Below, piece by piece: positions 36,722 through 47,070 of a stretch of 64,000 nucleotides of DNA. The stretch spans positions 3,198 to 67,197 of the forward strand of contig JBBRXJ010000001.1 of assembly GCA_038248505.1 (NCBI GenBank), in the 5' to 3' direction. Under the pieces are notes generated by a model. That model saw only the letters and a list, made by a program, of their open reading frames with translations, was not told the origin of the DNA and made no database searches. Positions within the stretch are counted from its first letter, which is position 1. The number at the start of each line of letters is the position of its first letter. The position numbers and the translations under genes are program-made. The stretch comes from Bacteroidales bacterium (GTDB lineage: Bacteria; Bacteroidota; Bacteroidia; Bacteroidales; JBBRXJ01).

Positions 36722-37984
36722 ATGAGAAAAACATTATCCCAGATACTTATAGCAAGTCTGCTAGTGATATTTATATCGTGTGAAAATAAGATAAATGATT
36801 TTGGACGTGATATGCTAATAGGCGTAGACACCTTAACCGTTATTTATGATATAGATATTGATGCCTCAACCATATCTGTTGATGAAGTAGGCACCTCTGA
36901 TTTTCCAATAGGCTTGTTAGGCTCTTATACGGATCCTATTTGGGGATTTACTAAAGCTGAGTTTATAACTCAATTGGTGCCAAGTAGGTCTGATGTGAAG
37001 TTAATAGATGAGGTTTTACGTGTTGATAGTTTGTGTCTTATTATTAAATATCAAGCCGTTTATGGATCCAAATCTAGCCCTTTAGAAATAAGTGTTTATA
37101 ATGTAAATACCAGCTTTAGTAATGATAGTGTTAGCAGCATTAATCTTTCAAATTACTGCGATAATCAAATTCTAAATGAAGGTGGCGACCCTGTTTTATT
37201 CACCCCCAATGATTCAGTACTAAAAATATTTTTGGATATCTCATTTGCAGTAAATAATCTGCTAATCAATCCAGCTGCATTTAACTCATCTCATAGTGAA
37301 TTATTTTCTTCAACTAATGGATTATATCTTTCATGCAAAGATGTTTTAAATAAAGAAGGTTCAATTGTACATTTTAATTTAAACGAGACCTCTTTTAAAC
37401 TACGACTATATTATAATGGTAATCAAACATATGATTTTGTGGCAAATGATAAATGTTCGAGGGTGAAAAGCTTCAAGCATGATTTAGGGCATTCTTCTAT
37501 TTCATCATTACTAAATGATAGTACTCCTAGTCCAGATAGTCTTGCTTATATACAAGCAATGGGTGGTACAAATGTGTTAGTAAGATTAAATAATACTTTA
37601 CCATGGAAAAATTTAACCATTTTACATGCTGATCTTATTGTGCCCATTATAGAAAATGTAGAATATCCTGCACCTTCAATTTTAATGTTAATGACGCACG
37701 ATACTAAATACACAAAATCAATAACTACTGTTGATCCATTGTATATGGGAAAATATACAAATGGAGCAACGCTCATAAATGGCAACTACTCATTTAACAT
37801 AACAGAGTCAATTAAAAAAATAGCTTTAGGTATAGAGCCCGAGGAATTTATTATTTTACCTGCATATTCAGATAAAAATGGAAATAGGTTTTACAATAGC
37901 AATATAGCTAACCGAGTAGTTATATCGAATTCAAAAAACAAACATATAAAATTAAAAATTATCTATTCAAATTTTAAAGAATAA
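36722..37984 (+). CDS. DUF4270-like lipoprotein
   Basis: Signal/lipobox LLVIFISC. The family call rests mainly on the conserved glycogen-synthase-like/DUF4270/glmS gene order I recall for Bacteroidota. Confidence 0.55.
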   Translation: MRKTLSQILIASLLVIFISCENKINDFGRDMLIGVDTLTVIYDIDIDASTISVDEVGTSDFPIGLLGSYTDPIWGFTKAEFITQLVPSRSDVKLIDEVLRVDSLCLIIKYQAVYGSKSSPLEISVYNVNTSFSNDSVSSINLSNYCDNQILNEGGDPVLFTPNDSVLKIFLDISFAVNNLLINPAAFNSSHSELFSSTNGLYLSCKDVLNKEGSIVHFNLNETSFKLRLYYNGNQTYDFVANDKCSRVKSFKHDLGHSSISSLLNDSTPSPDSLAYIQAMGGTNVLVRLNNTLPWKNLTILHADLIVPIIENVEYPAPSILMLMTHDTKYTKSITTVDPLYMGKYTNGATLINGNYSFNITESIKKIALGIEPEEFIILPAYSDKNGNRFYNSNIANRVVISNSKNKHIKLKIIYSNFKE

Positions 37985-37990
37985 GTATTT

Positions 37991-39826
37991 ATGTGCGGAA
38001 TTGTTGGATACATAGGAGATAAACAGGCATATCCGATTTTAATTAACGGTTTACGCAGACTCGAGTATAGAGGATACGACTCTGCTGGAATCGCTTTGCT
38101 TGATAAAAAAATAATTGTACATAAGTGCAAGGGCAAAGTAAGTGATCTTGAAAATCATATACAAGGGAATCAAATACAAGGTACTATTGGAATGGGTCAT
38201 ACACGCTGGGCTACACATGGAGAGCCAAATGATGTAAACGCACATCCCCATACATCTAACGAGGGTTTTTTTACCATTATTCATAATGGTATTATTGAAA
38301 ACTATTCAGGTTTAAAAAGAAAATTACTTGATCGTGGGTATAAATTTTCAAGTGAAACAGATACTGAAGTTTTAGTAAATCTAATCGAATATATTTACGT
38401 TAAGGGAAATGTATCAGCAGAAATTGCCGTAAGACTGGCGCTTACAAAAGTGGTTGGTGCTTATGGAATTATAGTAATGTGTAAGAGTGAACCTGATAAA
38501 ATTATAACAGCACGCAAAGGCAGTCCTATTGTTATTGGAGTTGGTATTGGCGAATATTTTGTAGCTTCAGATGCAACCCCTATAGTTGAGCATACAAAAA
38601 GCGTGATTTACTTAAATGATAATGATGTTGCCATTATAAAAAAGGATGAGCTTTTATTAAAAACCATTCATAACGATAAGCTCACACCCAAGGTGCAGAA
38701 AATAAATTTTGAGATAGCAGCACTTGAGAAGAATGGGTTTGACCATTTCATGCTAAAAGAAATTTTTGAGCAGCCTAAAAGTATTGAAGATACTATAAGA
38801 GGACGTGTTTCACGTGAGAATTTAGAAATTCACTTAGGTGGATTGTATGATGTAATGGACAAACTCACGAGTGCTCGTAGGATTATTATTATTGGTTGTG
38901 GAACATCATGGCATGCAGGTTTAGTTGGTGAATATTTAATAGAAGAATTTGCACGTATTCCTGTTGAGGTGGAATATGCCTCTGAATTTAGATATCGTAA
39001 TCCTGTTATTTTTCCAGATGATGTTATAATTGCAATAAGTCAGAGTGGCGAAACAGCAGATACACTTGCTGCAATTCAATTAGCTAAGCAAGCAGGAGCT
39101 CTTGTAATTGGCGTTTGCAATGTAGTTGGTTCTAGTATTCCACGCGAAACACATGCCGGAGTTTATACACATGCTGGACCTGAAATAGGTGTAGCATCAA
39201 CAAAAGCATTTACGGCACAAGTAACCGTACTCTTTATGATGATGATGATGCTTGCAAAAAACCGCAAACAAATTGACAAAGCTACATACCAGGAATTGAT
39301 AAGTGAATTAATTAAAATACCTGAAAAAGTAGAAAGAATTCTCGCAAAAGATAAACATATTAAGAAACTCGCAAAACTTTTTAAGGACTCTACAAACTTT
39401 CTATATCTAGGCAGAGGATATTTATTTCCTGTAGCATTAGAGGGAGCCTTAAAATTAAAAGAGATTTCATATATACATGCAGAAGGCTATCCGGCAGCAG
39501 AAATGAAACATGGTCCAATTGCTCTTATAGATGCAAATATGCCCGTTGTTGTTCTTGCTACTAAAGATAAATCGTATGAAAAAGTAGTAAGTAATATACA
39601 AGAAATAAAGGCTCGACATGGAATTGTAATTGCCATTGTAACAGAAGGAGATGTAATCATAAAAGAAATGGCTGACTATGTAATGGAAATTCCAGATTCT
39701 CCTGAACCTTTAGCGCCTTTGCTTGCAGTAATTCCATTACAAATTCTATCGTATCATATTGCAGTAATGCGCGGATGCAATGTTGACCAACCTCGAAATC
39801 TTGCCAAATCAGTTACAGTTGAGTAA
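37991..39826 (+). CDS. glmS: Glutamine--fructose-6-phosphate aminotransferase (isomerising)
   Basis: MCGIVGY N-terminal nucleophile, two SIS domains, C-terminal ...NLAKSVTVE; 611 aa. Confidence 0.97.
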   Translation: MCGIVGYIGDKQAYPILINGLRRLEYRGYDSAGIALLDKKIIVHKCKGKVSDLENHIQGNQIQGTIGMGHTRWATHGEPNDVNAHPHTSNEGFFTIIHNGIIENYSGLKRKLLDRGYKFSSETDTEVLVNLIEYIYVKGNVSAEIAVRLALTKVVGAYGIIVMCKSEPDKIITARKGSPIVIGVGIGEYFVASDATPIVEHTKSVIYLNDNDVAIIKKDELLLKTIHNDKLTPKVQKINFEIAALEKNGFDHFMLKEIFEQPKSIEDTIRGRVSRENLEIHLGGLYDVMDKLTSARRIIIIGCGTSWHAGLVGEYLIEEFARIPVEVEYASEFRYRNPVIFPDDVIIAISQSGETADTLAAIQLAKQAGALVIGVCNVVGSSIPRETHAGVYTHAGPEIGVASTKAFTAQVTVLFMMMMMLAKNRKQIDKATYQELISELIKIPEKVERILAKDKHIKKLAKLFKDSTNFLYLGRGYLFPVALEGALKLKEISYIHAEGYPAAEMKHGPIALIDANMPVVVLATKDKSYEKVVSNIQEIKARHGIVIAIVTEGDVIIKEMADYVMEIPDSPEPLAPLLAVIPLQILSYHIAVMRGCNVDQPRNLAKSVTVE

Positions 39827-39895
39827 TTAGAGAAAAGACCAAACCCCATTTATTGTTGATATCATAGATTGGGTTTGGTATAATAGATTAATAAA

Positions 39896-40951
39896 CTATC
39901 TTTTATTATATTGTTTATCGTAATACTTTCCATATTCACCAGAAAGAACGTTGTTCAACCAATTCTCATTTTCTAAATACCAGTCAAGAGTTTTAGATAT
40001 TCCTAGTTCGAAAGTTGCAACAGGGGACCAACCGAGATCTTTTTTGATTTTAGAGGCATCAATAGCATAACGCATATCATGACCGGCACGATCTTTAACA
40101 TAAGTAATAAGCTTTTCAGAGGTGCCCTGAGGTCTGCCAAGTTTTGTATCCATTAATTGACAAATTTTAAGAACAATGTCAATGTTTTTCCATTCATTAT
40201 TGCCGCCAATATTATAAGTGTCACCTACTAATCCTTTATGGAATACAAGATCTATAGCTTCTGCATGATCTTCAACATAAAGCCAATCCCTCACATTTTC
40301 ACCCTTACCATAAACAGGCAATTGTTTATTCGCTTTAATATTTGATATGAGTAGTGGAATTAATTTCTCTGGAAACTGATTTGGACCATAATTATTAGAG
40401 CAATTTGTAATAACCACAGGTAAACCATAGGTATGATAATAGGCTCGCACAAGATGATCGCTGCTCGCTTTTGATGAAGAGTATGGACTGCGAGGGTCGT
40501 AAGCTGTTTCTTCTGTAAAAAACCCAGTCGCACCTAAAGAACCATAAACCTCATCAGTTGAAATATGATAGAACTTTTTATCTTCATAATTATCTTTCCA
40601 AGCAGCTCTAGCAGCCTCAAGCAGGCTAACAGTACCATGAATATTGGTTTTTATAAACTCTAAAGGGCCAGAAATGGATCGGTCAACATGTGACTCAGCA
40701 GCAAGATGTACAACTCCATCAATATGATAATCGTTAAAAACTTTTAAAATAGCTTCAGCATTGGTTATATCTTCTTTAATAAAGGAATAATTAGGGAAGC
40801 TATCAATATCGCTTAAGTTTTCTAAATTACCGGCGTAAGTAAGCTTATCTAAATTGTAAATATGATACGATGGATATTTTTTTGCAAAACGGCGTACTAC
40901 ATGTGAACCAATAAAACCAGCACCTCCTGTTATTAGTATGTTTTTTTTCAT
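39896..40951 (-). CDS. rfbB: dTDP-glucose 4,6-dehydratase
   Basis: ILITGGAGFIGSH, STDEVYG, YSSSKASSDHLV (YxxxK). Confidence 0.9.
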   Translation of the reverse strand: MKKNILITGGAGFIGSHVVRRFAKKYPSYHIYNLDKLTYAGNLENLSDIDSFPNYSFIKEDITNAEAILKVFNDYHIDGVVHLAAESHVDRSISGPLEFIKTNIHGTVSLLEAARAAWKDNYEDKKFYHISTDEVYGSLGATGFFTEETAYDPRSPYSSSKASSDHLVRAYYHTYGLPVVITNCSNNYGPNQFPEKLIPLLISNIKANKQLPVYGKGENVRDWLYVEDHAEAIDLVFHKGLVGDTYNIGGNNEWKNIDIVLKICQLMDTKLGRPQGTSEKLITYVKDRAGHDMRYAIDASKIKKDLGWSPVATFELGISKTLDWYLENENWLNNVLSGEYGKYYDKQYNKR

Positions 40952-40962
40952 TTTTCATTAAA

Positions 40963-41994
40963 TTACTTTAATTGTTTTCTAATATGCTGCTCCCATTTCC
41001 ATGCAGAAGACAAAGTATCTTCGAGGCTTTCATGAGCTTTCCATCCAAGTTCGTTATTTGCATATGCCGTATCAGCCCATACCTTCTCAACATCACCTGG
41101 TCGGCGATCAATAATTTTGTAGTTCAATTTTTTCCCGGTTGATTTTTCAAAAGCATTTATTATTTGGAGTACAGAAACTCCATTTCCAGTTCCTAAATTA
41201 AATACCTCAAGTGAGGTTTTATTCTTTTGTTGCACTAATCTATTAATTGCAATGACATGCGCTTTTGCAAGATCAACGACATTAATATAATCACGAATAC
41301 ATGATCCATCAACGGTATCATAGTCGCTACCGAAGACTTTTAATTCAGATCTTAATCCGATGGCTGTTTGTGTAATAAAAGGCACCAAATTATCAGGAAC
41401 ACCAGAAGGTAGTTCGCCAATTAAAGCAGAAGGGTGAGCGCCAATTGGATTAAAATAGCGCAAAGAAATTACATTTTGCGTGGTATTTACTTTAACAAAA
41501 TCGTGTAAAATTTCTTCACAAATTTGCTTTGTATTACCATAAGGTGATGTAGCTTTTTTAATAGGAGCATTTTCTGTTACAGGTAAAACATCAGGTTGAC
41601 CATAAACAGTACATGATGAAGAAAAAACGATGGAATGTATCGCATTCTCTTGCATTTCATCAAGAATATTTATTAGAGAGCTTAAGTTGTTTCTGTAATA
41701 CTTAAGTGGTTTTTCAACAGATTCACCAACTGCTTTTGATGCTGCAAAGTGAATTATTGCGTCAATACCTTTATGTTTTAAAAAGAACTCGCGAACCTTT
41801 TGTGAATCGCAAATATTAAACTGTTCAAATATTGGTCTTTTATTTGTAATGCCAAAAATACCATCAAGCACTTCAATACGAGAATTTGATAAATCATCGA
41901 TTACAATAACTTCATATCCTTCATTCATTAGTTCAACCACCGTATGCGAACCAATATATCCAACACCACCTGTTACAAGAATTTTACCTTTCAT
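40963..41994 (-). CDS. galE: UDP-glucose 4-epimerase
   Basis: ILVTGGVGYIGSH, SSSCTVYG, YGNTK; 343 aa. Confidence 0.85.
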   Translation of the reverse strand: MKGKILVTGGVGYIGSHTVVELMNEGYEVIVIDDLSNSRIEVLDGIFGITNKRPIFEQFNICDSQKVREFFLKHKGIDAIIHFAASKAVGESVEKPLKYYRNNLSSLINILDEMQENAIHSIVFSSSCTVYGQPDVLPVTENAPIKKATSPYGNTKQICEEILHDFVKVNTTQNVISLRYFNPIGAHPSALIGELPSGVPDNLVPFITQTAIGLRSELKVFGSDYDTVDGSCIRDYINVVDLAKAHVIAINRLVQQKNKTSLEVFNLGTGNGVSVLQIINAFEKSTGKKLNYKIIDRRPGDVEKVWADTAYANNELGWKAHESLEDTLSSAWKWEQHIRKQLK

Positions 41995-42004
41995 GTGTTC
42001 TTTT

Positions 42005-43294
42005 TTACAAACTCCAATATAAAAATTTATTTATTTTGCCTGTATATAGACCTTTAATATCAACAAATACAGCATTATTTGATGCAATCGAATTAAAATA
42101 GTTTTCATCTAGTTTCAGATATTCATCATGAGCAACAGCTACAATAATTGCATCATAAGGTCCATTGGGTTTTTCAGCAAGAACCACATCATACTCATGC
42201 TTCATTTCAGATGCAGATGCATGGGGGTCAATAGTATCAACATGTACGCCAAATGAAATAAATTCTCTTATAATATCAACCACTTTTGAATTTCGGATAT
42301 CAGAAACATTTTCCTTAAATGTAGTACCCATAACTAATACCTTGGATCGGGCAATATTTTTATCTTGTGAAATAATTTTTTTTACCGTTTGTTTAGCAAT
42401 ATAAGCTCCCATGGAATCATTAATAAAACGACCAGCACCAATAATTTGTGAATGATAGCCCAGCTCTTTTGCTTTATAAATTAAATAGTATGGATCAACA
42501 CCAATGCAATGGCCACCAACAAGGCCGGGGAAAAATTTCAGGAAATTCCATTTGGTACCTGCAGCTTTAAGCACTTCGTATGTATTAATACCCATACGAT
42601 TAAAAATTATGGATAGCTCATTCATGAACGCTATATTGATATCACGTTGCGTATTTTCTATAATTTTTGCTGCTTCAGCAACTTTAATAGAGCTGGCTCT
42701 ATAAATACCAGCTGTAATTATTGTTTCGTATACAGTAGCAATTACCTCTGCTGATTCAGAATCGCAACCAGATGATATTTTAGTGATTTTAGTTAAAGTG
42801 TGCTCCTTATCGCCTGGGTTAATACGTTCAGGTGAAAACCCAACTTTGAATTGGTTAATATATTTTAAGCCTGAAAGTTTTTCAAGTACAGGAACACAAT
42901 CTTCTTCGGTACAACCAGGATATACAGTAGATTCATAGACAACATAATCGCCATTTTTCAATACACGGCCAACGGTTTCTGTTGCACTAAGTAAGGGTTT
43001 AAGGTCCGGAAGATTATGCTCATCAATAGGAGTAGGAACTGCAACTATAAAAAAGGTAACATCTTTTAAATCATCCGGATTGCAAGAAAATAAAATATCG
43101 CAACCATTAAAGGCAGATGAATCGAGCTCTTTGCTTGGGTCAATGCTATTTCGCATTAAATCCACTCGAGCACTATTAATATCAAATCCTACAACTTTAA
43201 TTTTTTTTGCAAATTCAAGAGCAATGGGGAGTCCAACATATCCCAAACCAATAACAGCTAATTTTGTTTGCTTAGTCTTTAATTTTTGAAGCAT
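42005..43294 (-). CDS. wbpA: UDP-N-acetyl-D-glucosamine 6-dehydrogenase-type nucleotide-sugar dehydrogenase (WbpA-like)
   Basis: N-terminal Rossmann VIGLGYVGLP and catalytic GGHCIGVDP. The specific assignment is from context with the WbpB/D/E-like genes. Confidence 0.65.
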   Translation of the reverse strand: MLQKLKTKQTKLAVIGLGYVGLPIALEFAKKIKVVGFDINSARVDLMRNSIDPSKELDSSAFNGCDILFSCNPDDLKDVTFFIVAVPTPIDEHNLPDLKPLLSATETVGRVLKNGDYVVYESTVYPGCTEEDCVPVLEKLSGLKYINQFKVGFSPERINPGDKEHTLTKITKISSGCDSESAEVIATVYETIITAGIYRASSIKVAEAAKIIENTQRDINIAFMNELSIIFNRMGINTYEVLKAAGTKWNFLKFFPGLVGGHCIGVDPYYLIYKAKELGYHSQIIGAGRFINDSMGAYIAKQTVKKIISQDKNIARSKVLVMGTTFKENVSDIRNSKVVDIIREFISFGVHVDTIDPHASASEMKHEYDVVLAEKPNGPYDAIIVAVAHDEYLKLDENYFNSIASNNAVFVDIKGLYTGKINKFLYWSL

Positions 43295-43296
43295 AA

Positions 43297-44277
43297 TTAA
43301 ATTTTTATTTGTTTTAAGTATGGATGATAATCTCCTTTTAAGCCAATAGGTTCTGAGTTGCGAATTGTATATACACTTTGAATTGCATTACGAGCTGCAT
43401 CTAGTCCAAATCCTTTTCCATTAAGAATCTCTTCATAAATACGATTATGCAATTCAGTGAACCCATCACTAAATTCAATTTCATCTCCATCAATGTTAAT
43501 AGATCTAAAAGTTCGTTTCCCTTGTTTTTTAACATCCTCAGGAATATCATTATAATCAAGACTTAAAAGCCAACGCACTCGAGCACGCTCAAGAATAAGC
43601 ATTCCGCCTGCCTTATCATTTTTTGAAATATGCACAATATTTTCTTTAACATCACCAAATATCCAAGTAAGCATATCAAAAAAATGTACTCCAATATTGG
43701 TTGCAATTCCGCCCGATTTTTCCTGATCGCCCTTCCATGAGCTGTGATACCAATGTCCACGACTAGTAATGTAAGAAAGATCGATTTCATACGTTTTATC
43801 TTTGGGACCATTTTGAACTTTATCTTTCAACGCACAGATCACAGGATGTAAACGCAGCTGTAAAATATTAAAAACTTTTCTTCCTGTTTCTTTCTCCATG
43901 GCTTGTAAAGCATCAATATTCCATGGGTTTAGAACGATAGGTTTTTCACATATTGCATCAGCACCGCTGCGCAATGCAAACCGGATATGAGAATCATGCA
44001 AATAATTTGGAGAACAAATACTCACGTAATCAACTTTTGTCCCTTTACGTCTTAATTTATCAATATGTCGGTCAAAACGTTCAAATTCGGTAAAAAAATC
44101 GGCATCAGGAAAATAACTATCCATAATGCCAACACTGTCAAATTTATCAAGTGCAGCAACCAAAGTATTACCTGTTGTTTTAATGGCATTTAAATGACGA
44201 ACAGCAATGTACCCAGCTACACCAATGATTGCAAAATTTTTCTTTTCCATATCTATCTGAGTATCAAATTTTGTCAA
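43297..44277 (-). CDS. wbpB: Gfo/Idh/MocA-family oxidoreductase (WbpB-like UDP-GlcNAcA 3-dehydrogenase)
   Basis: FAIIGVAGYIAVRH Rossmann N-terminus and family size. Pathway context supports the call. The start could instead be the ATG at 44250. Confidence 0.6.
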   Translation of the reverse strand: MTKFDTQIDMEKKNFAIIGVAGYIAVRHLNAIKTTGNTLVAALDKFDSVGIMDSYFPDADFFTEFERFDRHIDKLRRKGTKVDYVSICSPNYLHDSHIRFALRSGADAICEKPIVLNPWNIDALQAMEKETGRKVFNILQLRLHPVICALKDKVQNGPKDKTYEIDLSYITSRGHWYHSSWKGDQEKSGGIATNIGVHFFDMLTWIFGDVKENIVHISKNDKAGGMLILERARVRWLLSLDYNDIPEDVKKQGKRTFRSINIDGDEIEFSDGFTELHNRIYEEILNGKGFGLDAARNAIQSVYTIRNSEPIGLKGDYHPYLKQIKI

Positions 44278-44282
44278 ATTTA

Positions 44283-44858
44283 TTAATTAATTCTTTTTAC
44301 CTGATCATTTTCAAGTAAATATTTTTGTCCGCTTTCAGGGCAAATAGCCATATTTTGCTTAAAATTTAATTTATGACCAAATTCACTAATCCAACCTGTT
44401 TGCCTAGCTGGATTACCAACAACTAGTGCGAAAGCCTTAACTGCTTTGGTTACAACAGCACCAGCTCCAATGAATGAATACGCACCAATTTCGTGACCAC
44501 AAATTATTGTAGCATTTGCACCAATAGAGGCTCCTTTTCTTACAATGGTTTCTTTATACTGATCTTTTCGGTTTACTGCTGAGCGCGGATTAATAACGTT
44601 TGTAAACACCATTGATGGCCCGAGGAATACATCGTCCTCGCATTTTACACCTGTATAAATTGAAACGTTATTCTGAATTTTAATATTATCTCCCAACACT
44701 ACACCTGACGAAATCACCACATTTTGCCCTATGTTACAATTCTTACCAATGGTACATCCTGACATAATATGAGAAAAATGCCAAATCTTAGTTCCATCGC
44801 CAATCGTACATCCATCATCAATTATAGCGCTAGTATGTGCTGAAAATTTTATACTCAT
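44283..44858 (-). CDS. wbpD: Left-handed beta-helix N-acetyltransferase (WbpD-like)
   Basis: Hexapeptide-repeat pattern ([LIV]-G-x4) throughout; 191 aa; sits between the oxidoreductase and the aminotransferase. Confidence 0.6.
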   Translation of the reverse strand: MSIKFSAHTSAIIDDGCTIGDGTKIWHFSHIMSGCTIGKNCNIGQNVVISSGVVLGDNIKIQNNVSIYTGVKCEDDVFLGPSMVFTNVINPRSAVNRKDQYKETIVRKGASIGANATIICGHEIGAYSFIGAGAVVTKAVKAFALVVGNPARQTGWISEFGHKLNFKQNMAICPESGQKYLLENDQVKRIN

Positions 44859-44860
44859 AA

Positions 44861-46000
44861 TTAAAAAAAGGTTTTTATTGTTGATGTTATATATTGTAAT
44901 TGCTCAGCATCCATTTCAGTATGCATGGGTAGAGATATAACATGTTTGCAGAGATACTCTGTAACTGGAAAGCTATTCTGACGTTGAGAAAAATGACTAA
45001 AGGCCTTCTGATGATGAAATGCAACAGGATAGTAAACCATTGCAGGAATTCCTTTTGAATGTAAATACTCTTTTAATTCATTACGATCCTTAACAATTAG
45101 GGTATATTGATGAAAAATGTGTGTAGAAAAATCAGCTGAACGCGTAGGAATTTGTAGACCTGAAATAGCACCCAGTTCCTTATCATAATACATGGCCACT
45201 TTTTGACGTGATGCATTATAATCATTCAAATGCTTTAATTTTATGTTTAAAATAGCTGCGTGCAAGGTGTCGAGACGAGAATTTACCCCTATGGTTTCAT
45301 GGTAGTATTTTACTTTTGAACCATGATTGGTAATCATTCGCATTGATTCAGCTAGTTGATCATTATTCGTAAAAATAGCTCCACCATCACCATAAGTACC
45401 CAAGTTTTTAGATGGAAAAAAAGAGGTGCAACCTATATGCCCCATGGTGCCAGCCATTGATTTTCTTCCGTTCTTAAATGTATACTCAGCACCTAAGGCT
45501 TGAGCATTATCTTCAACAACAAAAATATCTTTTTCTGCTGCAATACTTATAATGCGCTCCATTTCAGATGACTGACCAAATAGGTGAACCGGTATAATGG
45601 CTTTTGTTCGTGGAGTAATTGCTTTTTCAATTTCAGAAGGATCTATGTTGAAGGTGTTAGGATTTACATCTACTAGTACCGGAACAAGACCTAAAAGTGC
45701 AATTACCTCAATAGTTGCTATAAATGTGAAATTTGGAGTTATAACCTCATCACCGGGTTTTAAACCAAGAGCCATTAGCGCAATTTGCAGTGCATCAGTA
45801 CCATTAGCGCATGGAATTACATGTTTAACGTTTAAAAAAGCTGCCAGTTCTTGAGCAAAACTTTTTACTTGTGGTCCATTAATGAAAGCGGTGCTTTCAA
45901 TTACATCAAGGATGGCCTGATTAATCTCTGGTTTTATATTTTCATACTGACCTTTAAGGTCAACCATTTGTATTTCTTTCATTCTAATTTCATTTTTCAA
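44861..46000 (-). CDS. wbpE: DegT/DnrJ/EryC1/StrS-family PLP aminotransferase (WbpE-like)
   Basis: DLKGQY..., GTDALQIAL and FFPSKNLG (PLP-Lys) motifs. The true start may be one of the internal Met codons (45982 or 45967). Confidence 0.75.
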   Translation of the reverse strand: MKNEIRMKEIQMVDLKGQYENIKPEINQAILDVIESTAFINGPQVKSFAQELAAFLNVKHVIPCANGTDALQIALMALGLKPGDEVITPNFTFIATIEVIALLGLVPVLVDVNPNTFNIDPSEIEKAITPRTKAIIPVHLFGQSSEMERIISIAAEKDIFVVEDNAQALGAEYTFKNGRKSMAGTMGHIGCTSFFPSKNLGTYGDGGAIFTNNDQLAESMRMITNHGSKVKYYHETIGVNSRLDTLHAAILNIKLKHLNDYNASRQKVAMYYDKELGAISGLQIPTRSADFSTHIFHQYTLIVKDRNELKEYLHSKGIPAMVYYPVAFHHQKAFSHFSQRQNSFPVTEYLCKHVISLPMHTEMDAEQLQYITSTIKTFF

Positions 46001-46156
46001 TTAGTATGCACTACAAAAAAAACAATGCTAATGGATAGATAGCAAAATCAGCAAATTTAATGCGAATATAGTAAAAAAGCAGTATCAAATATAGAGTTTG
46101 CTAATGATTATGACACATAAAACGGAATTTTATTACATTTGCATCAAACCAAGCAA

Positions 46157-47065
46157 ATGAATGTTGAGATATCAATAAAGAGCCTACTGCTGCATAATAA
46201 ATTTGTTATTATTCCGAGTATTGGTGGATTTAAGGCAGATTATCAAGCTGCTAAAATGGATATAGAAAAAAAGATTTTGCTACCACCGACCTACGAAATA
46301 AGCTTTAATAGTAAAACACGCAGTGATGATCAGCAATTACTTTCTGATTTTATTATTAAGGAAAAGCATATAACCAAAGAGGATGCGGATAAAAATATTC
46401 AGGATTTTGTTTCAAGTATTGAAACAAAAATAAATTCAGGAGAGTCTTTTATCATAGAGGGTATAGGTAAATTAAAGAAATCAGTAAGTAATGAGATTGA
46501 CTATGTAGCAATTGAAGGTGCTAATGTTTTTGATACCTATGCAGGATTTGTGGCAATTGATTTACCACAAAAGCCAATTTCAACAAGCATTTTAAAAGAA
46601 GCAACTAAATCGGAACCTAAAATAGAAGCTCCCATAATAAAGCCCATTATTGCGAAGAAAAAGAAAAAAGCATTTTCTTTTTTTTGGATTTTACTAGCTT
46701 TATTTTTTGTGATAGGAGGTATTTTATTCTTTTCACTTCATAAAAATGAAACAGAGATTGTATTAGCTCCAGTTGTAATAGAAGAAGAATTAATTGTTGA
46801 AGATAGTGACAGTATATTTGATGGCGTATCAGATACAAGCTATTACATTGTAGCAGGGAGTTTTCAAAAGCGACAGAATGCTGATATGATGCTTGCTGAT
46901 CTCGAAACACAAGGATATCAAGTATCGATTATTGGAGGTGAAAATGACTTTTTCAGAGTTATAATATATAGCTCATCTCAAAGAGAAGATGCTCTTGGCG
47001 AGTTAGAAAAAGCAAGAAATAATGGAATGTTAAGAGCTTGGATTTTTAAAGAATTTAAACAATAA
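46157..47065 (+). CDS. HU-CCDC81-like N-terminal domain / TM / SPOR-domain protein
   Basis: The ATG at 46157 is preferred to the track's TTG at 46139. Central TM helix FSFFWILLALFFVIGGILFF. C-terminal YYIVAGSFQKRQNADMMLADLETQGY...FRVII is SPOR-like. Confidence 0.65.
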   Translation: MNVEISIKSLLLHNKFVIIPSIGGFKADYQAAKMDIEKKILLPPTYEISFNSKTRSDDQQLLSDFIIKEKHITKEDADKNIQDFVSSIETKINSGESFIIEGIGKLKKSVSNEIDYVAIEGANVFDTYAGFVAIDLPQKPISTSILKEATKSEPKIEAPIIKPIIAKKKKKAFSFFWILLALFFVIGGILFFSLHKNETEIVLAPVVIEEELIVEDSDSIFDGVSDTSYYIVAGSFQKRQNADMMLADLETQGYQVSIIGGENDFFRVIIYSSSQREDALGELEKARNNGMLRAWIFKEFKQ

Positions 47066-47070
47066 TTTTT

